From assembly GCA_028826165.1 (NCBI GenBank), contig JAPDFW010000070.1, positions 496,001-560,000 of the forward strand: a stretch of DNA of 64,000 nucleotides, in the 5' to 3' direction. Below, in pieces: positions 51,027-64,000 of the stretch (position 1 is its first letter; every line of letters starts with the position of its first letter). The position numbers and the translations under genes were made by a program. The notes beneath the pieces are model-generated. The model saw only the letters and a list, made by a program, of their open reading frames with translations. It had not been told where the DNA came from and did not search any database. The DNA comes from Anaeramoeba ignava BMAN (lineage: Eukaryota; Protista; Anaeramoebae).

Positions 51027-52199
51027 TTAAATGTCGTTTGTGAGTTCAATTTCTTTTAAATTATCAGCATCATCATCACCAAAAGAAATTGATTCGAATA
51101 AAGATTGATTTGAAAAGATTGATTTTGTTAAAACTTCTTCAATTTCACTGAATAAAATTTGAATTTCAAGATTTTCTTGAGATATTTGATTAGAAATTGA
51201 TTCAAATGCTAAATTTTTGGATTTTGGAATGAGAGATTGATTGTCATTCTTATTATTACTATTAATATTTTGATTATCTTTATTTTTTTTTTCTTTTGAA
51301 TCAATTCCAATTTTTTCATTATTATTTTTTTCTGAATCTTGTTTGTTTTCTTCAAAATTCTTTCGATTTTGATCATATAAACTATTAAATGTTTGGGCGA
51401 ATTTGTTGAAATTTAAATTAAAAGCTTGAAAAAACTCCAAAACTTTCTCAGTTGATTGTAATTGGTCACTTGTTCTTTTTAAGAATAATTGTTTGTGTTG
51501 TTCCAAAAGTGACTCAAGATCAGAAATATTTTTATCTTCAATTTGAAGAAGAGTTCCTTTTGGGATTCTAGATTTCTGGTTTGAAAACCAACGAGTAACT
51601 CTTCTGCGTTCCCATCCAATTTTCTGACTTATTTCCGTTATTTCTGATGGTGATGGATTTTGGTTCGAAATGAATAATTGCTTCAAAATTTGTTTTTCTG
51701 TTTTTGTTGGAATTCTTCTTTTTGATTTCTTTTTTTTTTCCTTTATTTCTTTATTTTTGTGCTTTTTGTGTTTTTTTCTTTTTAGTTTTTTTTGAGTTTG
51801 TTTTTTGTTTTTTTGATGGGATTTTTTGACTTCTTTTGTTGTTTGGGTTTCTTTTTGAATATTATTTTGTTGTTGAAATGAATTAATAGTATCCAAACTT
51901 TGTTCATTTTCTTGATTTAAACTTTGTTCATTTTCTTGATTTAAATTTTGTAAATTTTCTTTAATTAAATTTTGTAAATTGTCTTCATTTAAATTTTGTA
52001 AATTATCTTCATTTAAATTTTGTAAATTATCTCCATTTAAATTTTCTTTAATTAAATTTTCTTCATTTAATTTGAATAAATTCTCATTTAAAGGTGTTTG
52101 AATTGGTGTTTGAATTCCAGTTTCTTTTTCATCTTCAGATTCAAAAAAATCTGAAAAATCTGAAAAAGAAATTGAACCATTTATTTCTAAATTATCCAT
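51027..52199 (-). CDS. Homeodomain protein
   Basis: KRRIPTKTEKQILKQLFISNQNPSPSEITEISQKIGWERRRVTRWFSNQKSR; intronless. Confidence 0.88.
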   Translation of the reverse strand: MDNLEINGSISFSDFSDFFESEDEKETGIQTPIQTPLNENLFKLNEENLIKENLNGDNLQNLNEDNLQNLNEDNLQNLIKENLQNLNQENEQSLNQENEQSLDTINSFQQQNNIQKETQTTKEVKKSHQKNKKQTQKKLKRKKHKKHKNKEIKEKKKKSKRRIPTKTEKQILKQLFISNQNPSPSEITEISQKIGWERRRVTRWFSNQKSRIPKGTLLQIEDKNISDLESLLEQHKQLFLKRTSDQLQSTEKVLEFFQAFNLNFNKFAQTFNSLYDQNRKNFEENKQDSEKNNNEKIGIDSKEKKNKDNQNINSNNKNDNQSLIPKSKNLAFESISNQISQENLEIQILFSEIEEVLTKSIFSNQSLFESISFGDDDADNLKEIELTNDI

Positions 52200-52281
52200 A
52201 AAATTAAAAATAAAAAATAAAAAAATGAAAAAAATGAAAAAAATAAATTCATTTTTTTGTTTTATTTCTTTAAATCAAAAA

Positions 52282-53409
52282 ATGTTTGATGATGTATTAG
52301 GAATTGTTATTGATAACGGTACTTATTCAACTAAACTTGGTTTTTCTGGTGATGATTCTCCAAAATTTGAAATTCCCACTTTGAAAAACGAGATTATCCA
52401 CAAAGGACTTAAAAAAGGAGATCAAAAAAAACCCAAAAATAATAATTATATTAAAGAAAATACAGATTTTTATATTGAAAAAAAATTAATTGAACAAAAA
52501 CAAATTGTTGATTTCGATGAAATGGAAAAATTTTGGGAATATAGCTTTAAAGAAGTGCTTCAAATTGATCCATCAGAAGTAATAGTATTGCTAACAGAGC
52601 CTCCACTTAATCCAAAAAAGAAGCGCGAAAAGGCGATCCAAATCATGTTTGAAACTTTCAATATTCAAGGTTATTATACTTCTTTAACATCTGTACTTAG
52701 TTTGTATTCATCAGGAAGGACAACTGGTCTTATATTGGAATTGGGAGAGGACTCTATATACTCTAGCGCTGTCTATGAGGGTTATAGCTTGCCTCATACA
52801 ATCCAAAATTTTCCTTTTGGAAGTTCTCATTTAACAAATTATTTATCTCAAAAATTAGAGAAATTAGGAACTTCTTATCCACAAGAAATTCGACAAACCA
52901 TTTCTAGAGATATTAAAGAAAAAAATTGTTATGTTGCTCTTGATTTCAAGAAAGAATCAAAAGAAATTAAAGAAAAAATTGTTTTCAATGGTTTTGGATC
53001 TGATGATAAAAATATTCCAATTAAATTGGGAAAAGAATTGATTGAATGTTCTGAAATTTTATTTAAACCATCAATAATAGGATTAGAAGAAACTCCTAAT
53101 ATTGCGGAAATTATGTATAACACCAATTCAAAATCGGACGTTAGTATTCGGAAAGATCTTTGTGGCAACATTATTTTGGATGGAGCAACTTCATTACTTC
53201 CTGGATTAGTTGAGCGAACAAAGGAAGAATTTGATTATTTAATTCCCATTACTATACGTTCAAAATTTGTTCGTTTTGACAAGAATTCTATTTCTTCTTG
53301 GCTTGGCGGTTCTATTTTATCTTCTTTGAGAACTTTTGGATCGATGTGGGTTACTAAATGGGATTATGATAATGAAGGACCTGCAGTTGTTCATCGCAAA
53401 TGCTTTTAA
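52282..53409 (+). CDS. Divergent actin / actin-related protein
   Basis: IVIDNGT..KLGFSGDDSP, LLTEPPLNPK..RE..QIMFETFN, LYSSGRTTG, DIKEK.CYVALDF, SWLGGSILSSL, VHRKCF. Start taken at 52282 (MFDDV). Confidence 0.92.
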   Translation: MFDDVLGIVIDNGTYSTKLGFSGDDSPKFEIPTLKNEIIHKGLKKGDQKKPKNNNYIKENTDFYIEKKLIEQKQIVDFDEMEKFWEYSFKEVLQIDPSEVIVLLTEPPLNPKKKREKAIQIMFETFNIQGYYTSLTSVLSLYSSGRTTGLILELGEDSIYSSAVYEGYSLPHTIQNFPFGSSHLTNYLSQKLEKLGTSYPQEIRQTISRDIKEKNCYVALDFKKESKEIKEKIVFNGFGSDDKNIPIKLGKELIECSEILFKPSIIGLEETPNIAEIMYNTNSKSDVSIRKDLCGNIILDGATSLLPGLVERTKEEFDYLIPITIRSKFVRFDKNSISSWLGGSILSSLRTFGSMWVTKWDYDNEGPAVVHRKCF

Positions 53410-53633
53410 GTCTTTTTTTTCTTTTTCTTTTTTCTTTTTCTTTTTCGAAATAATAAAATCGGAAAAAAATTTATTATTAATTTTTTCCTTTTACACAAAA
53501 AATTTATTGTGTAAAAATTGATAAAAAAAAAAAAGAAAAGAAAAAAGAAAACTTGAGTTTTTCATACAAATTCAAAAAAATTCAAACTCAAACAAAAAAT
53601 ATTTTTCAAAAAGAAAAAAAAAGAAAATAATAA

Positions 53634-54714
53634 TTAGTAATTTTCTTGATAAGAAAGAGCTAAAGCTGTTTGAAAATCTTGGTCAAAAGTAAGACTTGTA
53701 TCATCTAAAGATTGTTGAATTGCTAATCTAAGCATTTCATCAAAAGGTCCAGGAACTGTAACTCTTGATTCATTTTCATTTGGATTTTCATTTGGATTTT
53801 CATTTAAATTTTTTACATTTTCTTGTTCTTTTTTTTGTGTTTCTTCTTCTTCTTTTTAATTTTTTTTGAAATTCTTCTTTTTGTTTATTGAATACTTCTA
53901 ATTCTACTAATGCTGATTTTTTATGTGCTTCTTCTATTTTTTTCTTTGTATTTCTTCTTCTTTTTCTATTTCTTGTTTTTGTCTTATTCCGCAATATTTT
54001 ACAGAAAAATGACTTGCTTGACAAAAAGGGCATCTTTATATTAAAATCAAAATTAAATTCAATTTAAAATTAAATTCAATTTAAAATTAAATTCAATATT
54101 AAATTTAAAATTCATTTATAAAATTAAAATTAAATTTAAAATTAAATTTAAAATTAAAATTAAAATTAAATTTAAAATTAAATTTAAAATTAAATTTAAA
54201 ATTAAATTTAAAATTAAAATTAAATTTAAAATTAAATTTAAAATTAAATTTAAAATTAAATTTAAAATTAAAATTAAAATTAAAATTAAATTTAAAATTC
54301 ATTTATAAAATTAAAATTATAATTAAAATTCATTTATAAAATTAAAATTATAATTAAAATTCAAATTAAAATTCAAATTAAAATTCATTTATAAAATTAA
54401 AATTAAAATTATTGAAAAAAAACTAACTTATTTTCGTTTGTTGGATATTTTGGGGTAATTTGTAAAAAACACTCAGTACAAATTGGTTTATCACAACATT
54501 TAGTGCGATTGATTGAAGGAAATCGATAAAAACAAATAGGACATTCTTCAATATAAGAATCCATTTTATTTGTTTGCAAAGGATAAATTGGAGCTAATTG
54601 TTTTTTTTTTATTCTTGTTCGAATAGTTTTTTGATCCCATTCAATTTTCGGATACATTCCTGTTGGTTTGTAAAACTCTTTGTGTGGCGCAACTTTAGAT
54701 TTTGAGTTTCCCAT
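53634..54714 (-). CDS. GW2/DA2/SIP5-like RING protein with myristoylation motif and two UIM-like motifs
   Basis: MGNSKS; LAPIYP; [29 protein letters not shown]; [12 protein letters not shown] and [14 protein letters not shown]. Intron 54034-54427. Two homopolymer frameshifts at ~53935 and ~53855. Confidence 0.85.
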
Positions 54715-54829
54715 CTTTCTTTTTTCTTACAATACTTTTTTTCTTAATTAAAAAAAAAAATTAAAAACAAAACAAAAAAAAAAATGAATTAAAATTTTTA
54801 TTATTTTTTCTTCTTTTTTTTTTGATCAT

Positions 54830-56680
54830 TTAATATTTTTTAATTAATTTAGAATAATTTTGGATTTAATTATAAAATATAATTTTAAATATAATTTATT
54901 AATTAAATATTATTTAAAATAGATTAAAAAATTGAAATAAAATTGAATAAAAATATTAATTAATTTTTATTTAATTTTTAATTATAATTAATTTAGAATA
55001 ATATTATATTTAATAATAAAATATAATTTTAAATATAATTTATTAATTAAATATTATTTAAAATAGATTAAAAATTGAAATAAAATTGAATAAAAATATT
55101 AATTAATTTTTATTTAATTTTTAATTATAATTAATTTAGAATAATATTATATTTAATTATAAAAATATAATTTTAAATATAATTTATAAATTAAATATTA
55201 TTTAAAATAGATTAAAAATAGAAATAAAATTTAATAAAAATATTAATTAATTTTTATTTTAATTTTTAATTATAATTAATTTAAAATAATATTATATTTA
55301 ATTATAAAATATAATTTTAAAAATAATTTATTAATTAAATATTAATTAAAATAGATTAAAAATTGAAATAAAATTGAATAAAAATATTAATTAATTTTTA
55401 ATTTAATTTTTAATTATAATTAATTTAAAATAATATTATATTTAATTATAAAATATAATTTCTAATATAATTTATTAATCAAATATTATTTAAAATAGAT
55501 TAAAAATTGAAATAAAATTGAATAAAAAATTAATTAATTTTTAATTTAATTTTTAATTATAATTAATTTAGAATAATATTATATTTAATTATAAAATATA
55601 ATTTCTAATATAATTTATTAATTAAATATTATTTAAAATAGATTAAAAATTGAAATAAAATTGAATAAAAATATTAATTAATTTTTATTTAATTTTTAAT
55701 TATAATTAATTTAAATTAATATTAGATTTAATTATAAAATATAATTTTAAAAATAATTTATTAATTAAATATTATTTAAAATAGATTAAAAATTGAAATA
55801 AAATTGAATAAAAATATTAATTAAATTTTTAATTTAATTTTTAATTATAATTAATTTAGAATAATATTATATTTAATTATAAAATATAATTTCAAAAATA
55901 ATTTATTAATTAAATATTATTTAAAATAGATTAAAAATTGAAATAAAATTGGATAAAAATATTAATTAATTTTTATTTAATTTTTAATTATAATTAATTT
56001 AAAATAATATTGGATTTAATTATAAAATATAATTTCAAAATAATTTATTAATTAAATATTATTTAAAATAGATTAAAAATTGAAATAAAATTGAATAAAA
56101 ATTAATTAATTTTTTAATTTAATTTTTAATTATAATTAATTTAAAATAATATTATATTTAATTATAAAATATAATTTTAAATATAATTTATTAATTAAAT
56201 ATTATTTAAAATAGATTAAAAATTGAAATAAAATTGAATAAAAATATTAATTAAATTTTTAATTTAATTTTTAATTATAATTAATTTAGAATAATTTTGG
56301 ATTTAATTATAAATATAATTTTAAATATAATTTATTAATTAAATATTAATTAAAATAGATTAAAAATTGAAATAAAATTAAATAAAAATATTAATTAAAT
56401 TTTTATTTTAATTTTTAATTATAATTAATTCAAATAATTTATATTTAATTATAAAATATAATTTTAAAAATAATTTATTAATTAAATATTAATTAAAATA
56501 GATTAAAAAATTGAAATAAAATTGAATAAAAATATTAATTAATTTTTTATTTAATTTTTAATTATAATTAATTTAAATTAATTTTGGATTTAATTATAAA
56601 ATATAATTTCAAATATAATTTATTAATTAAATATTAATTAAAATATATTAAAAAATTGAAATAAAATTTTGATTTAAATT
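54830..56680. repeat. Intergenic ~144-bp tandem satellite, ~13 copies, almost pure AT
   Basis: AGATT marker at 54921, 55065, 55209, 55353, 55497, 55640, 55783, 55928, 56070, 56213, 56357 and 56500. Confidence 0.95.
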
Positions 56681-56760
56681 TTTTATTTTAAGTTTTTTTT
56701 TGTTGTTAAAATGGAAAAAAAAAAATTGATTTTTAAGTTAAATCAAGCATTCAAACGATT

Positions 56761-60145
<3,385 letters not shown>

Positions 60146-60289
60146 TTCTTCAAAGAATAAATTTAAAAATGAAAAAATGGAAAAATGAAAAAGGAAAAAT
60201 GAAAAAAAAATTTATTATCCACTTTTTTTTTTTAAACAAAAACAAAAACAAAAACAACAACAAAAAAAGGGAAAAATAATTTGTAAAAA

Positions 60290-61190
60290 TTCATTTTTGA
60301 AAATAAATTCATTTTTGAAATTAAATTGATTTTTGAAATTAAATTGATTTATGAAATTAAATTGATTTATGAAATTAAATTTATTTATGAAATTAAATTT
60401 AATTTTAAAATTAAATTCATTTTTGAAATTAAATTCATTTTTAAAATTAAATTGATTTTTGAAAACTAAATTGATTTATGAAATTAAATTCATTTTTGAA
60501 ATTAAATTCATTTATAAAATTAAATTTATTTATAAAATTAAATTGATTTATAAAATTAAATTTATTTTTAAAATTAAATTGATTTATAAAATTAAATTGA
60601 TTTATAAAATTAAATTCATTTTTGAAAATTAAATTGATTTATAAAATTAAATTGATTTATAAAATTAAATTGATTTATAAAATTAAATTGATTTATAAAA
60701 TTAAATTGATTTATAAAATTAAATTGATTTTTAAAATTAAATTGATTTTTGAAATTAAATTGATTTATGAAATTAAATTGATTTATGAAATTAAATTGAT
60801 TTATAAAATTAAATTCATTTTTGAAATTAAATTGATTTTTGAAATTAAATTGATTTATAAAATTAAATTGATTTATAAAATTAAATTCATTTTTGAAAAT
60901 AAATTCATTTTTAAAATTAAATTGATTTTTGAAATTAAATTGATTTATGAAATTAAATTGATTTATAAAATTAAATTGATTTTTTAAATTAAATTGATTT
61001 ATAAAATTAAATTGATTTATGAAATTAAATTCATTTATAAAATTAAATTGATTTTTGAAATTAAATTGATTTATAAAATTAAATTGATTTATAAAATTAA
61101 ATTTATTTATAAAATTAAATTGATTTATGAAATTAAATTGATTTTTAAAATTAAATTGATTTATGAAATTAAATTGATTTTTTAAATTTA
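60290..61190. repeat. 18-bp tandem repeat (AAATTAAATTGATTTATA), ~50 copies
   Basis: Clear 18-nt period; it explains the NQFNFI and KIKLIY pseudo-ORFs. Confidence 0.95.
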
Positions 61191-61222
61191 TTTTTGTATA
61201 TTTTTTCATGATAGATTATAAA

Positions 61223-61513
61223 TTAAAAAAAATCAGGTTGAAACACAGAACAAAGCTCAAAATCAAATTTTAATTTTGTGTTTTGAGAGAATATTTCTGT
61301 AAATTTTATATCTAGATTAGTATGTATTTGATTTTCTTTATTATTTATTTGAGATATTTGATCATTTTTATCACTAGAATCACTTTTTATACTTGAATCT
61401 GATTCAAATAATTCAAGTGGACTTTCTATTTCTTCATTTGAATTTGTTTCTTTTTTTGAATATTTTTTTGAATGTTTTTTTGAATATTTTTTTGAATATT
61501 TTTTATTTTCCAT
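61223..61513 (-). pseudogene. Truncated duplicate of USP exon 1
   Basis: 61225-61322 matches 59775-59870 with 3 substitutions. Same K-rich start; stops after PDFF. Confidence 0.6.
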
Positions 61514-61786
61514 TATTTTTTAAAAAAAGGAAAAAAATGAAAAAATGTTTTTTGAGGGATTTTTTGATTCTTTCTTTTTTGGAAATTTGGATTTAAGCAA
61601 AAAAAGGAATGAAATTTTAATTTGATTGAAATTTTTAATTTGAATTTAATTTGATTGGATTGAAACTTTTAATTTGATTGAATTTTTAATTTGATTGAAA
61701 TTTTCTTTTAATTTTAATTTGATTGAAATTTTAATTGGATTGAAATTTAAATTTGATTGAAATTTTAATTTGATTGAAATTTAATT

Positions 61787-63600
61787 TTAATTTTCAATCA
61801 AACGAACAACTAAACCAGAAAGTAATTTAGGAAGAAACCAAGTAGATTTTGGAGGCATTGTTCTTCCAGAATCAGCAACATTCATCAATTCAAGCATTGT
61901 AACTGGGAAAATACCAAAAGCAACAGAAATTTCATCATTTTGCTTTTGGGCATCATTTTTGTCAACAAGATTTTGGAGAGCTTGATATCCACGAGTTCCA
62001 CCAATAAAATCGATATTCTTTTCCGAACGTAAATCTTGAATACCAAAAAAGGGGGTTAAAATTTGTTCAGTCAAAATTTGGGAATCAATTGATTTAACTG
62101 GATCACTTTCATCAACTTTGTCTTTATGAACATGAAGATAATACCATTTTTTGTCCAAATACATTGAAAATACTCTTTTTTCTGTTGGTTTTGCATAATG
62201 TGGAGGTGTGATTGTGTTGTCTGGTACGTTTTCTTTTTTTTCTACTTCTTTGATGTCAAATGATTGCTTTAAAAATTCCATTAATTCCTCCTTCTTCTTT
62301 TTTTGTTTAAATAATACTCGATTGTAATCGAATATTGCTAATTGTGTATGCGGGAAAACAACTGTCATAACAAAATTAAATGGTTCTTCACCAGTAACAG
62401 TTCCTCCTTTTATTTCAAATATATTTAATTTTGAATTTGAATTTGAATTTGAATTTGATTTTGAATTTGATTTTGATTTTGATTTTGAATTTGAATTTGA
62501 ATTTGAATTTGAATTTGAATTTGATTTTGAATTTGAATTTGAATTTTAATTTTAAATTTGAATTTGAAATTGATTTTGAATTTTGATTTTAAATTTATTA
62601 CCATTCTTCTCAATCTCAGCTTTTCTCATCTTAGCAACATTAGCAGCTGATTGCATTCTATTAAATAATAAATAATAAATAATAAATAATAAATATTAAA
62701 TAAATATTAAATATTAAATAATAAATATTAAATAATAAATAATAAATATTAAATATTAAATAATAAATATTAAATAAATATTTAATATTAAATAATAAAT
62801 ATTAAACATTAAATATTAAATATTAAATAATAAATATTAAATATTAAATAATAAATATTAAATATTAAATATTAAATAATAAATATTAAATATTAAATAT
62901 TAAATATTAAATAATAAATATTAAATAAATATTAATTAATAAATAAATATTAAACAAACCTATGATGGCCATCACAGATATACAAAGCAGGAACAGAATC
63001 GAATTCACCTTGGATGCTTTCGATAATTTTCTTATCAGAAACCTTCCAAACCTGATGACGTTCGCCTTCCCAATCAGCAAAGAAATCAAAATCGGGATCA
63101 CGTTTAGATAAAGTTTCAAGAAAATCATCCAAAGATTGTTTTGAAGAATAAGACAAGAAAACAGGGCCAGCATTTGCGTTTTGGATGTTTATAATCTTAG
63201 TTCTGTCCTCCTCTTTATCCTTTCTAGTGAATTCATGTTTCTTTATCAAACCTTTTTCATAATCATCAATTGAAGCAAGAAGAATATATCCTTTTTGCGT
63301 GTGATTTCCGCGAGTTTGTGCATAAATATAGAGTTGTGGCTGAGTTTCCTTCACAAGATATCCTTTCTCGATAAAAGCATCCAGGTTTATCTTGGCTTGT
63401 TTGTACACTTCATCGCTGTATGGATTCGTATCTTCTGGTAAATCAATTTCTGGTTTGTTCACATGAAGAAAACATTGTTCATTTCCTTCGGCAAATTTTC
63501 TTGCTTCTTCGGAACTGATTACATCGTATGGTGGGCTTGGCACTTTTTTTTCTAGGCTTTTTGGTGGTGAATATCCAAGAAATGCTTTGATTTTAACCAT
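61787..63600 (-). CDS. DUF1015-family (ParB-like fold) protein of prokaryotic type, 3 exons
   Basis: MVKIKAF..SPPYDVIS, IKKHEFTRKDKEEDR, LYICDGHHR, IFDYNRV, VADSGRTMPPKSTWFLPKLLSGL. Introns 62658-62959 and 62407-62601. Confidence 0.92.
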
Positions 63601-63734
63601 TTTTAATTGCTTTTTTTTTTTATTTAGTTTTTGAAAAAAATGATTCATTTTTTTTTTATTTTTTTATTTTTTTTTTTCAATAAAGCAAAAAAAAAATTTT
63701 TCAAATTAATTTCTCTTTTGATTTCCAATATTTT

Positions 63735-64000
63735 GTTTTAGATTATTTATTTAGATTATTTTGATTTAGATTATTTTGATTTAAATTATTTTAATTTAGA
63801 TTATTTTGGATTTAGATTATTTTGATTTAGATTATTTTGATTTAATTTATTTTGTTTTAGATTACTTGGATTTAAATTATTTTAGATTTAGATTATTTTG
63901 GATTTAAAATATTTTGATTTAAAATATTTTAATTTAGATTATTTTGGATTTAAATTATTTTGATTTAAATTATTTTGGATTTGGATTATTTTGGATTTAA
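63735..64000. repeat. ~15-16-bp tandem repeat (TTAGATTATTTTGAT)
   Basis: Tandem copies run to the window end. Confidence 0.85.

Noticed and set aside
52225-52281. N-terminal extensions given by the ORF track for actin (52225) and DUF1015 (63648)
   Set aside because: These ATGs come from promoter AAATGA/TCATTT motifs. Family-typical starts are at 52282 and 63600.
22620-53940. Genome-wide programmed ribosomal frameshifting
   Set aside because: The breaks at ~22630, 33600, 34440, 38385, 48370, 53855 and 53935 lie in homopolymers or microsatellites, go in both directions and share no shift motif. Long-read consensus errors are the simpler explanation.

Overview
Very AT-rich, gene-dense eukaryotic (protist) DNA using the standard genetic code. 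The (AATCAA)n / QNQN-type repeats, the gene content and a TCATTTT initiator-like motif suggest a metamonad such as Anaeramoeba; this is an inference, not a database result. I reconstructed about 21 protein genes by hand, with 42 GT-AG introns. They are: a C-lobe-less HECT protein, DENN-PH, RhoGAP, a prokaryote-type beta-propeller, a bacterial-type alpha-2-macroglobulin, 3R-MYB, SHQ1, dTDP-glucose 4,6-dehydratase, a DUF5765-like membrane protein, a TPR/Mlp-like coiled coil, BRAP2, a UvrD/Srs2 helicase, BTB-TLDc, a TOM1/THH1-like membrane protein, a WNK kinase, an At5g58100-like protein, a homeodomain protein, a divergent actin, a GW2/SIP5-like RING, a USP deubiquitinase and DUF1015. Several genes carry single-base frameshifts in homopolymers or repeats, which are probably assembly errors. 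The most notable points are: (1) an apparently intracellular, possibly myristoylated thioester alpha-2-macroglobulin next to another prokaryote-type gene; (2) highly degenerate splice signals, with about a quarter AAG acceptors, rare +5G and nearly AG-free repeat-filled introns; (3) a strand-specific TCATTTT element upstream of every gene start; (4) a ~144-bp nucleosome-length satellite; (5) a speculative structured non-coding island carrying a telomerase-template-like TAACCCTAA. All family assignments come from motif recognition by eye.
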